64,000 nt of DNA, from NCBI GenBank assembly GCA_043228905.1, contig JBHGNT010000004.1, positions 7,316,001-7,380,000 on the forward strand. Direction: 5' to 3'. Origin of the DNA: Azolla caroliniana. Its lineage: Eukaryota > Plantae > Polypodiophyta. Under the pieces are notes generated by a model. It was not told the origin of the DNA and did no database searches. It saw only the letters and a list, made by a program, of their open reading frames with translations. The position numbers and the translations under genes are program-made. This document shows, piece after piece, positions 1 to 11,215 of the stretch. Position 1 is the stretch's first letter; each line of letters starts with the position of its first letter.

Positions 1-973
1 AAGGCCCTAAATTTTATTATTGCAATGATTATCAATATTGAAACCAAGTGAAAAAGCCATATTACTCTCGTGTGTCTCACAAGCAAAATCTTTTGGATTT
101 GGTGCTATGTAGCATGTTGGCTAAATCTATGGGGCTTTGTATTTTATTTCTTTTGTTGTTTCATGGATAAATTGACTTATTTGGGGAGAAGAAAAATAGA
201 GCCTTTCCTACATTTAATTATTTTCATGCTTTTGTGACCACCCAAACAAGTAGAAGCTAAAATGCCTGTGTACATACAATGGGTTTGAATTCACAAACAA
301 TGAGTTTAGAAGGTTTTTTGAGCTACATGGTACAAAGAGAGAGGTCAAAGCCCCATACAAACCCCCTTCAATGGCTTGGCTGAAATACATAATAGGATAC
401 TATATGCGCGTTTGAGATGCATCCTGTCCACAGCTCATCTCTATCATGGATTTACTCTTAACAATCAATACCCCAACGGCTCCTTAACAATCAATTTACC
501 CTAGCCCACACTGCTCTAGCAATGTTGCCAATCTTGGGTACTCATACATGAGGAGATCTTGCTTGGACGATTCAAGGACCAACAAGGACAAGGACAGTCC
601 ATGCCTTGACCACAACCAGCCTTGCCCCCATATTGGGGCCATTACTTACGACTGCTACAGTTCCCTTAAACCAACTAAACCCACCCTACCAACCAGGATC
701 TTCATGACACTAGAATAGACCAAATATAAATGCAAGTTTATTCTATAAACTTCAAACGACCTCTTAAATACTCAAAATAATGGTGTTCATGTTCATAACT
801 GCTTGTCAGTTGAGTTAATTCTATCCCGTAATTTGTAACACCATATCTGAGAGGGAGGTATAAAAAAACAAAGAAAATAAAAAGTTGACTTATACAGATG
901 AACAGTTAAGGTAATGTGTAGAAAAGATTAAAAAAAAAACAGTGGGAAAACAATGTATAGGAAACCACATTAC

Positions 974-1065
974 CTCCTTAGTTATTCTGATGATAGTCTC
1001 ATGGTCCGTGGTTAACATGTGAATCAAATCAAAGAGCTTAAAGCACTCAGCAAGGGAACGATCGC
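974..1065 (-). CDS. ADAL: ADAL coding exon 3; gene continues beyond the window start
   Basis: aatag acceptor and GAG|GTAATG donor; encodes DRSLAECFKLFDLIHMLTTDHETIIRITKE, a conserved ADAL block; 1-973 appears intronic. Confidence 0.9.
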
Positions 1066-1176
1066 CTATTAAGCAAAATTCAAACAAAAGAAATAATACT
1101 GTATCAAAAGATCTAACAAAAAATGAAATTTAAGAGACATATATACAAACAGACAGACAGAAACAAATAGTGCGAC

Positions 1177-1247
1177 CTTTGAGTATGAACCTTTGAATAT
1201 CCTGGAGGTTGATAAGGCCTTTCTTGCTCAATCCTTCCGCAAGATCA
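1177..1247 (-). CDS. ADAL: ADAL coding exon 2
   Basis: tgcag acceptor at 1249-1248, GT donor at 1176-1175; encodes DLAEGLSKKGLINLQDIQRFILK, which aligns to plant ADAL (ELARVLGEKGVIVFADVEHVI-type); phases match exons 1 and 3. Confidence 0.85.
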
Positions 1248-1342
1248 CTGCAAGACAAAGGCGGGAGGCAACTGAGTAAAGGAAACAAATGAAAGTGGAT
1301 GAAGATGGAGGGAGGAGAAGGGGGAGAAGGAAGAGTAGTAAC

Positions 1343-1491
1343 AGGAGAGTAGAGGAGCGAATGGATCCATTGAGATGAGCGTGGAGCTCTATTTTGGGAA
1401 GGGAGAGGCACCAAGGAAGCCATGAGAGGACCTCTCCTTCGTCTTTGTCATCGTAGCCTGCGGAGGAGGGTAGAGTGTCGGAAGAAGCCAT
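1343..1491 (-). CDS. ADAL: Adenosine deaminase-like / N6-methyl-AMP deaminase, coding exon 1
   Basis: ATG at 1491; encodes LPKIELHAHLNGSIRSSTL, the HxH zinc motif typical of plant ADAL/MAPDA; GT donor at 1342-1341 (phase 2). Confidence 0.9.
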
Positions 1492-1639
1492 AGCCCCAAC
1501 TACTTAGTATTACAACGAACGAACGAGAGAGAAAGAAAGAAAGATATATCAACGTCTTCTTTTTAAGGCCAAAATTTGGAGAGACTGAAAAACTCACACT
1601 TCCCATAGAATGGCAAAGGCTTCTTTCTTATTTGCTATC

Positions 1640-2381
1640 TTAGAGTCGTGTCGCCGGGCGAAATGATGGCCTTTCGAAGAGTCCGAAATAAGTTTCGCAT
1701 ACCACAAGGCCAAGGATATCGATGGGTATATATTTGGCAATCAATATGTATGTATGTTGTATATGTATTATGTATTTGGCACTTGCCTAGTCTAGTTTTC
1801 TCGCTTTCAAAGTTTTGTTGGTTGAGGAACCATGGAAAGATTTGGTCATTCGGTATTGCAAAAACAATATTTGTGGTGCACACGAATGATGTATATACCA
1901 TCCATCCGTTGGTCGAAGATAGACCTTGGTTGGCAAATAAGGTTTTGGATGCATGGCACGTTAATCGGGTGGTGTCAAGTTTTAAAAGCACGCTTGTATT
2001 CTCATCTTCCATTTCGTGAAAAGGTGTTCCTTTGGCGTGCGATGGTCGGTGGATTGCCTTTGGCGATAGCGTTAAAAAAAAGACATATTTCGAATGGAAC
2101 TTGTTTATATTTGTGCAATGGTTGACGAAGATGGCATTTATAGGTTCATTACATGCCCAGTTGTTATATCACAAATTTGTTGTTTTGTCACCTTTTAAGT
2201 GAGTTTTCATTGATGGTGCTAGAGTTCTACCTACACCATCATATCAGGTGGTGTTTGACTACATTAGGTATTGAGGGATGTGGTTTAACTGAACTATGCG
2301 AAATGGGTTCTTGTTTGATGGACTTTGTGGGGTACCATAACAAATCTGTAGGTTGAAAGGAAAGTTGATTTGACCAATTTT
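1640..2381 (+). mobile_element. Degenerate 3' part of an L1-type LINE ORF2 (zf-RVT region)
   Basis: PFREKVFLWRAMVGGLPLAIALKKRHISNGTCLY resembles zf-RVT; downstream frame reads Y*GMWFN*TMRNGFLFDG (W.IW..RN...F motif); boundaries approximate. Confidence 0.7.
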
Positions 2382-3985
2382 GCGACTATGTTGTAAGGGG
2401 ATTGTAAATAATTAGATAACTAACTAAGAATTAATTAGTATCTATCTTTGTGAGTAGTTAATCACGTATGTGATTAAGCAACGGAAGACTATGTGATATA
2501 TGAGTGTATGTGTATCTTAAGAGTCATGATCTAATGTAAGCATATGATAAGGATATCATATATATGAAATAAGAAAGGAGAGAGAGAAAGAAGGGTGTTG
2601 ATCCACCTGACCACCCTCGAGTGAAGGGATTGAGAAAGACTTGAGCCTCGATCGGCGTCCCATACCACCGTCGTGGCGTCGAGTCGTACCTGGTGCTGGC
2701 ACGCTCGCTACAAGAGTTGACCCACCATGAAACAAAGTCTCGACGTAGTCAAGAGATAATGAAATGAGGGTAGCTAGGCCTCATATTTATAGCCAAACCC
2801 CAAGGCCCCCAGTGTTACGGGCATGACCATTTAATATCTCGTGGTGAGAATTTACCGTAGTATTCTATACATGTGGATAAGTGTGAGGGTTAAACGAGAG
2901 TGTAAGGAAGGGGAGGATTACTTTTAATCCTCGGGATTGAGACAACCCATTAGGTCAAGTGTGAACTTGCCTGGGGGCCTTGGGTATCGCTATAAATAAG
3001 AGGCCTAGCTACCCTCAATTGATCATCTTTTGACTACATTGAGACTCTGCTCTTGTGGTGGGTCAACTCTTGTAGCGAGCGCGCCAGCACTAGGTACGAC
3101 TCGACACCACGACGATGGTATGGGACGATCGAGGCTCAAGTCCGTCTCGATCCCTTCGCTCGGGGGTGGTCGGGTGGATCGACACCCTTCTTTCTCTTTC
3201 TCCTAAATTCTATCTATCATTAGTTTATCCTTATCTTAAGCTTACTTTAGTACCTAGATCTCTAATACCCAGGCAAGTTCACACTTGGCCTAATGGGTTG
3301 TCTCAATCCCGAGGACTAAAAGTAATCCTCCCCTTCTTTACACTCTTGTTTAACCCTCACACTTATCCACGTGTATAGAATACTACGGTAAATTCTCACC
3401 ACAGGATATTATATGGTCATGCCCGTAACATACTCCCCCTCTTTAAAACATTGCACAGTTGCAATGGAAACTTAGGGAAGTTAGTTCTAAGAGTATGTTC
3501 ATGTTCCCATGTGGCATCGTTGATAGATTTATCCATCTATTTAATTTTAAATTCTCAGATTATTTTAGTACGTAGATGTTTTGTTTAACATCGAGAATTC
3601 TTTCTGGTACATGTGGTTTAGAAGATAATTCTTCAGAAGTAACCAGAGTTTCAGTTGTAATTGTATTGTCGCCAGAACCAAGAAGTTCTTTTAAACGACT
3701 TACATAAAAAACTGGATGAATTTCAACATCATTGGGAAGAGCGAGATGATAGGCTGATGAACCAATGCGTTTGAGGACTTGAAAAGGTCCACAAAACTGT
3801 GGGGCTAACTTAGTGCACTTACACGTAGACAATATCTTAGAATTGTGAGGTACATGTAAAAATACCTTCTGTCTAGGGTTGACTATACGAGGTTGCCTAT
3901 TATGATTGGCGTAAAAATGCGTTCTATATTGAGCTATTTTTATATTATCTCGTGCAATATGCAACATATCTTGCATATCCCGAAG
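2382..3985 (-). mobile_element. Duplicated 3' end of chromovirus Gypsy-A: flank 2382-2514, 3' LTR 2515-3430, PPT, integrase C-terminus/chromodomain
   Basis: Colinear with 4035-4074 + 14202-14534 + 31457-32104; PPT (tactccccct) at 3431; ORF 3560-3976 has KLAPQFCGPF..HPVFYVSRLK and a chromodomain start (PERILD). Confidence 0.9.
2813..3267 (+). mobile_element. Solo LTR of the Gypsy-A family, inserted in inverted orientation into a Gypsy-A LTR
   Basis: Starts tgttacgg and ends tctaata (CA mutated); 5-bp TSD cccag at 2808-2812 and 3268-3272; homologous to the reverse complement of the host LTR. Confidence 0.9.
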
Positions 3986-4035
3986 TTATCTAATTATCCC
4001 GACAAGTTATCCGGAGGAAACGATTTCCCAACAAG
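3983..4035. other. Patchwork filler DNA at a rearrangement junction
   Basis: Made of inverted copies of 4061-4075, 4068-4077 and 4073-4099 plus a direct copy of 3976-3983. Confidence 0.85.
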
Positions 4036-6489
4036 CGACTATGTTGTAAGGGGATTGTGAATAATTAGATAACTTGTTGGGAAATCGTTTCCTCCGGATG
4101 GGATCCGGCAATGAATGGAGAAGACCCGGTGAGAACCGGAAGAGATACGGAAATCGGATCGGTGGATCCGGTGAGAACCGGAAGTGAAGACGAATTTCTA
4201 AATATGTCTTGAGGAAGCCCAATGAGGCTATATTTGTAAATAGCCCCAAGTTCATATAAGTATAAATATGACTTAGGGCAATCACTTTATACGTATGGTC
4301 ATAGTGTTGTGAGAGTTGTTGTAACCGTTGTACAGAGAGCGATAGAGAGAGAGGGAGAGAGAGAGATACAGAGCGATATTCTGTTGTAACCGCCACTGGG
4401 CAAAGAAACAGAGCTCGAGGTCGTTGCCTTTGAGTCTCTGATTGTACCTTTCACCTATAGTAATAGTTGGAGTCCGTGGGTTCCCGTGGTTTTTCCCATT
4501 TAGGATTTTCCACGTAAACATCATGTGTATTTCCTTTGTGTACTTCCCATTTCTGTGTTTCATTCTAGAAGAAGTGTTCAAGACTCTGTTGGGGCTGAGC
4601 AATATTCCTCATTATTCCTCTCAATCTGGTATTAGAGCGAACAACATAGAAAATGGAAGAATCGTTCGGTGACATGTTCAAGCTCACTGGCTCCAACTAC
4701 TCAGTGTGGAAGTCGAAGATGAGGGATATGCTGGTGGTCAAAGATCTTTGGTTGGCGGTTCAGTTTGGGGACAAGAGACCGGATAAGATCGACGCCACAG
4801 TGTGGGAGGTGATGCAAATGAAGACGACGACATACATCCGGTGCTTCATTGACATGAGCCTATACAACAACTTCAATGAAGAAAGTAAGGATCATGAACT
4901 TTGGGAGAAGATCAACATCATGTTCTAGAACAAGAATGTTGTTAACCGGGTTTCGGTATTCCGGAAGCTAGTGAGGCTCCGATACCAAGATGGCTCCAGT
5001 ATGGCGGAGCACATGAATGCATTCTAGGGGTTAATACATCAAGCAACCTCGTTGGAAGTACCTCTCGCCGATGAGGTACTCGCATTGCTCCTACTTGGTT
5101 CCCTCCCGAATAGCTGGGAGACGTTAGTTGTCACATTGGGCAACGCTGGGCTAGAAGGAAAACAGTTGTCCCTAGCAAGGGTAAAATCAAGCCTGCTAGA
5201 TGAAGAAGCTCGCCGGAAGGATTAGGAGACCGGAACCGATCCGAAGGCCTTGGTCATGGAAGATGACCACAATCGGGGAAGAGGCCGATATCGAAGTCCC
5301 CAAAACCGAGACAAATCGGGGACAAGGTCAAAGTCAAGGGGAAGACCCACATGCTTCTATTGCGGGAAGCCAGGACACTTCCAGAAGAACTGTCAACATT
5401 TCCGGAAAGAGAAGGAAACTAGCACCGCCGATTCGAAGAAGAGTTCGGACCGAAACGGTTCGGACCGGGGAGGCCCGGATCGGAAAGGAACGTCGTCGAT
5501 CGCAACAAGTGAAGAGGAACTGATGCTCATAACCAAGGAGAATGAGTTAAAGCTTGTTGGCGACGAGACAACGTGGGTTGTCGATTCCGGAGCATTGTTC
5601 CACCTGACACCGGATCGGAAATGCTTCTCATCCTACACAGCCGGTGATCATGGTCGTGTCCGGATGGGGAATGAAGGTACATGCCGAATTATCGGCATAG
5701 GAGATGTGTTGTTGACCACATGAACCGGATGCAAATTGCTGTTGAAGGATGTCCGACACGTTCCGGAGGTTTGACTGAACCTGATATCAGCTGGTAGGCT
5801 AGATGATGAAGGCTACATGGGTAACATCCGGAACAGAGTCATGAAGTTCTGCAAGGGGAGCCTAATAGTGGCTCGAGCCCAGAAGGTCAACACACTATAC
5901 TTGATGAATGCCCGGATATGCCGAGAAGAAGTGAACGTAGCATATGACACTACCGGTGAGCTGTGGCACAAAAGACTGTGTCACATGAGTGAGAAGGGGA
6001 TGAAAAGACTTGCTGATGAAAATCTCATTCCGGTGAAGGACGTGCAACTTGAGAAGTGCACCGATTGCTTAGCCGGCAAGCAAAACCAAACCTCCTTCCG
6101 GTCAAGACAACCGATGAGACGGAATGCACCGCTGGAGCTAGTGCATACCGATGTGTGTCAAGTGGACATGAAGTCACATGCCGGATCGCAATACTTCGTG
6201 ATGTTCATAGATGACCATAGTCGGAAGCTCTGGGTCTCAACGTTGAAGACGAAGGATCAAGTGCTATCCGTCTTCAAAGAACTCCACGTGAGAATGGAAA
6301 GAGAAACCGGTTAGAAGCTGAAGGCGGTTCGAGCAGACAATGGAGGAGAATACCGGGGGCAGTTCGAGGAGTATTGCTGGTCGAAGGGAATCTGGCTCAA
6401 ATTCACTGTGCCGAAGACGCTAGAATTGAACGGGCTGGCCGAACGGATGAACCGGACCGTGATGGAGAGAGTCCGGAGCATGGTTGTTA

Positions 6490-6650
6490 GGTACGTTAGG
6501 TACGATATGGATACCATACATATATAACGTATTAATACGCGTATAATACCTCCCAATTTAAAAATACGTTAAATACGTTTTGTAATATGTTAAATACTTA
6601 TAAAATACGTAAAATACGTAAAATACGTATTTTACGTATAGTACATAAAA
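6490..6650. repeat. hAT subterminal (A)ATACGT repeats; matching cluster at about 11270-11420
   Basis: Many aaatacgt/tacgta motifs near both element ends. Confidence 0.75.
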
Positions 6651-6699
6651 TACTTCTAGAATTTGAAAATTATTTACATTTCAAGAAAATATTTGTAAT

Positions 6700-7375
6700 A
6701 TTGTAAAAAGCACACACTATCTGTAGTCGCTGGATATGTACACCCCCCTTTTGAAACCATCTCCTCAAAACAAAAAATAGGCTCCTTGTTATGCCCTTGT
6801 TTGGCATTTCTTACCATCAATGAGTTTAGTGAAACCACATCTCACACCACTAGAGTGTTAAACAAGTAGTGGGCAGTCAACAATAACCCACAATTCACAT
6901 ACATGTTGACTATTGTGTTATCAACAAGGACATCTTTTTCAAAGCCTATTTTGACGATGTCGACATGTATTTCTCGGTCTTTTTGTCTATCTCTCAAGCT
7001 TCCACAAGCTTTCAACCCACAAGACAATGAAAATGCATGTGGCAAGAGGCAACAATGTTTCCTCATCTTTTCAAAGCAATCCAATGCCAGTTGAGTCCTT
7101 ATTATGTCCATGTTCAGCATATCCCGATTCCCACCATGAGTGATCTCCATGAAACTATATCTCGAACCAAATTTCTCTCAAACATTTCTTGTGCTTCATT
7201 TAATGCACCACAAGAGCTTCTATTTCTAACCCTTTCTTTGCAACCTCGACATGAATTTCTTTACACTTGGCTAGAGATCCTACATTGGAACAAGCTTTCA
7301 ATAGACCCACCAATGTGATTCCATTCATTGAGATACCCTCACATTGCATTTGGTCAAAGAAATAGAATGCATTCT
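6700..7375 (-). pseudogene. PLS-class PPR gene fragment inside the hAT element
   Basis: Decayed PPR motifs: FFDQMQCEGISMNGITLVGLLKACS..KEIHVEVAKKG; ALDCFEKM..LKACGSL...EIHVDIVKIGFEKDVLVDNTIVNMYVNCG; *DVVSLNSLM..AKQG..FCFEEM. Confidence 0.85.
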
Positions 7376-7610
7376 AACAACAAAATTTAGAGCAAAAACC
7401 TTAACAAGACATAACATCAAATATTTCAAGGTCCATGAAAGTAAATGAAGGTAAAAAAGAACCACATGATGAAAATTTTACTTTAATAAAATACGATATT
7501 GATACAACTCTAACTATGTCCAATGTATCAAAATGGAGCTTAGATCAAAGACAAGTAACATAAGGTTATTGAGCTTAATAATAACGTATAGAAATTAGAA
7601 GTATTTGTCT

Positions 7611-10383
7611 TTAGATCTGGTCCTCATCACCATCTTCATCATTAGATTCTGTGTTAGTTGATGACATCAACACTAGTTCTTCGTCCGTAAGATCATCATA
7701 ATTAGTATGAACTGCTTCTTCTATTGCATTGACATTATCTTGATCATCTAGTGGTAAAGAAGCAAATGTACTTGATTGTGTTATTCTCCTATTACAAGAA
7801 GACCGCTCATCATCTCTTCTTGGCCTTTGCCTTCGTATTCGATTAGTAGGGATTCCATCGCTTGATCTTGTCATATGTGATCTTGTCATGCTCCTTGTCC
7901 TTCTTCTCAAGCTCATTGTTTCTTGAAAATAAGTTTCATAGAATTCTCTATCCATATCATTTTCATGGCTAATAGATGGAATATCAGGCGTCTTAGAGAC
8001 ATCTATCTCATTTGGATTCACCTGCAAACAAGTTTATAAAAGCTTTAACTTCTAAGTATCACAAACTAGTGTGTCGATGGCAGAAACTAGTTATTAGTAC
8101 TTAAGAATATTGAGGAATATAAATTATAAAAAGAATGAATAAAACAATACCTGCATTGGAGATGCATTCACAGTCTCAAACTTGCAAACTAGTCGTAAGT
8201 TCTCTCGCACATATACCAATCGTTCAAGTTGTGCTACCTTTAGTCTGTTTCTATTTTTCGTATGTGCGAGAGCATGTGCATTCCAATTCCTTTTCGCTGC
8301 CCCAGAAGAGCAATCCTAATAAAAAGTAAAATATGAAATAAAATGTAGTACACAAAAGTGAGCTATTTCAGAACTTAACTATAAAATTGATCATTTTTTC
8401 AACACTTGACACTTACTTGGGATAATATGCGAATAGCTAATGCTTGGAGGTTTGGAGTTCTTCCACCAAAATTTTCCCACCAAGTGACTGGCGTCATCAT
8501 AGATCTCTCCTCACATGCTAATGCATAGCTAAATGTCCCTGTACCATTCCGATATTCATGCAATTCACGAAATAAGATATCACATTCAAGTGTCGAGTAC
8601 AATTTTTCCACATAACTCATTCATGCATCCATTAACTCAGGGTTAATAAATGTAGCCTCCTCTCTCCACATTAGATGTAACAAATGAGCTACAAGGTGGA
8701 TTGGCCTCTTGAACCATTTCCATCGTATATCAAATAACTTAAAAACATCCTCATACCTAAAAGTGTTTTACAAATGAATCAATCTTAAAACATGAACAAA
8801 CAATTGAAGGTTTAATTTTAGGAAACCATAACAAATTAAAATAAATATGAAACTTACTTGGATTTGTGGGGGATGTTTTCTTCCACTCCTTTTGCTAAAA
8901 CATCTTTGCTTCTTCGCATAAACTCATATAACAATCCAATAGTGGATCCCTCCCTATCAGTAAGTCGTAAAACACTATACAATGGTGCCATTAGGGTCAA
9001 AACAACTTGAAACGAGGACTCAGTAGTAGGATCAAGGATGTAGTTCTTTACATTCATTGCATCTGGCTTATTGCAATCTGACCAAGACCTCCACATGTCA
9101 CTCACCACTGTTTGCTCAAGAGGATGCCAAACTTTGAGCAAACGTTGTATGACAAGATACATCACACCAAACCTTGTCTTGGAAGGTCTCAAGATGGTGA
9201 GGTTATTGTGAGCAGAAAAAAATTTCCTAGCATTCCTCTTCTTGCAAAAAAAACGTACAATAGTATTTGCTTTCATCATAATACTTTTCATCCAAGGCAA
9301 CTGACCAATGTCCTCCAAAAGCAGATCCAAAGAATGTGTTGCACATGGAGTCCAAACAATATTAGGGAACTCTGATTCTAGCAAAGACCCCATGCAGACA
9401 CAACTAGATGCATTGCCTGAAATGCCTTGGACCACATTTTCCTTACCAACCTCTCTAATTGCCTCTGAAATTCTTTCAGCTAACCAAGAGCTATCAACTA
9501 TTGGTGTTGTATTAGCATGGCTGCAATCAATGGACTTGAGGAACATTGTCCCATAACAAGATGATACGAGGACATTTACAAGTTGCCAATGAGAAACATC
9601 AACCCATCCATCTGTTAGTATAGAACAACCATACTTGGGCCATAATCCTTTTACCCTTTCTAACTTTGCTTGCAAGGATATAACCTCATTTTTCAAGCCT
9701 TTCGTCCTCATGTAATTATATGTGACTCCACTATGTTTCTCTCTAATTGTAGAGAAAGCTTCTAACATGTTCCACCAACATGGTGTTTTTAGTAGATTAA
9801 ATGACAAATTTGCTTCAATGATACATCTCACCTCCATAACGTTTGCATGTTGTTTCCTTTGCATTTGTAACACGTGTCCTTTACGCAATGATTGTTGTTT
9901 CGTTATCATTGTTGGTGGATATGGTTGGTGACTACCACCACCCATACATGACATGTTTTGACTTTCACCAACAAAGGTACATGAGCCTGAGGTAGAAACA
10001 CCTAAAAGAGAAAACATTTCAAGATAAATCATTTACAATTATTTGGCCATTAGTAATGAAGACACCTAATGTAGGCTCTTGTCTATACCTTGTTCAGGCA
10101 CGTTGAATGAGTCGATCTCTGCAACTATATCTTCTTCTTCACCAATTGTTTGAGTTCCACAATTACCATATAAAGATGTGAGGTCAATCAACAATTCCTT
10201 GGGGACATTGATACATTTCGTTACTCCATGGCTGGGTTTTCCGATTAAATGAGCAATCATTCGTGTTGCTGACCCGTGCATATGTTTGTTGCAAAATTTA
10301 CAATTCCAACTTCTATTTCCTGTCTGACTTCTTGTGACATTGAGACAACAGATATCCCAATATTTGTTCTTAATGGGGGTCAT
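7611..10383 (-). pseudogene. Intron-containing hAT transposase (BED finger, DUF659/RNase H-like core, hAT dimerization domain)
   Basis: WNCKFC..HL BED finger at 10066-10383; CSILTDGW, WTPCATHSLDLLLEDIG and TRF at 8854-10032; PVTWWENFG..LQALAIRILSQ; RNW..HTKNRNRL..LVYVRENL; in-frame stop at about 8621 and an apparent frameshift near 8295. Confidence 0.9.
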
Positions 10384-11047
10384 TTTCCTAAGTCTTTATG
10401 TTCTACAAATCAATAGAATTTAGATATTTAGAAATTACTAAATTAGAGGGTCTATTAATATGTGATACATACTACATCTTATACAGTTTTCAATAGATTT
10501 TCAAAAGAATAGATGTTTGTAGATACATTTTTCTGTGTGTATTCTTGCCTACCATAGCTACTCATATCCTTGGGCTGCACTTTCATATTAACCTTCATGT
10601 TCATGGCTAGTGAAAACATAATTTAAAACCAATTAAGTGAAATACATGATTGAGTTGCACAAGCTATTAATGCCATGTGAAATACTCTAACTGAAACTAA
10701 TTGAAGCTTAATTGAATTAGCCTCCCCTTTCAATGGTTGCTCTTTGGGTACTCAATTACTAATAAACTAACCAAGCATTCTAATCAAACATGAAATCAAT
10801 AAGCAAGACTACACTATTGTTTTTAGGCTAGTAGCTCCATCTTTCTCTATGCAAGTGAATGAAAACCAAAAAGAAAATGTGACTTCATTGCATATTAAAG
10901 TTAGAAAACTACTATCCAAGCATATGCATATTAAGGTTAAACATACCTCACACTCACAAGAATTGGGCCCAATAAAAAATTGTCTTCTATATAGCGTAGA
11001 TCTTTGTTTGTTGCCTAATTGTCTTCAAACCAAGATTTCGATTGATT

Positions 11048-11215
11048 CCTCGTCCTCTTTCTTCGTCTTCTTCTTCTTCTTCGTCTTCCTCTTCTTGGTC
11101 TTCTTGTTCTTGTTCTTCCTCTTGTTCTTCCTCTTCTACTTGTTCTTCTTCTTCCTCTTCTTCCTCTTCTTGGTCGTCTTCCTTCGTTTTCTTCTTCTTC
11201 TTTCTTCCTTCTTCA
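11048..11215. repeat. Imperfect (CTT/TTC)n microsatellite
   Basis: Long run of ttc/ctc/gtc triplets. Confidence 0.9.

Noticed and set aside
60-110. Minus-strand KDFACE resembling the next ADAL exon (EDFAxEN)
   Set aside because: Not followed by VxYLELRTTP and no convincing splice sites; treated as chance.
2389-2514. Flank beginning tgttgtaagggg as the 5' end of an older LTR
   Set aside because: No partner LTR, PBS, PPT or TSD inside the window, so it cannot be supported.
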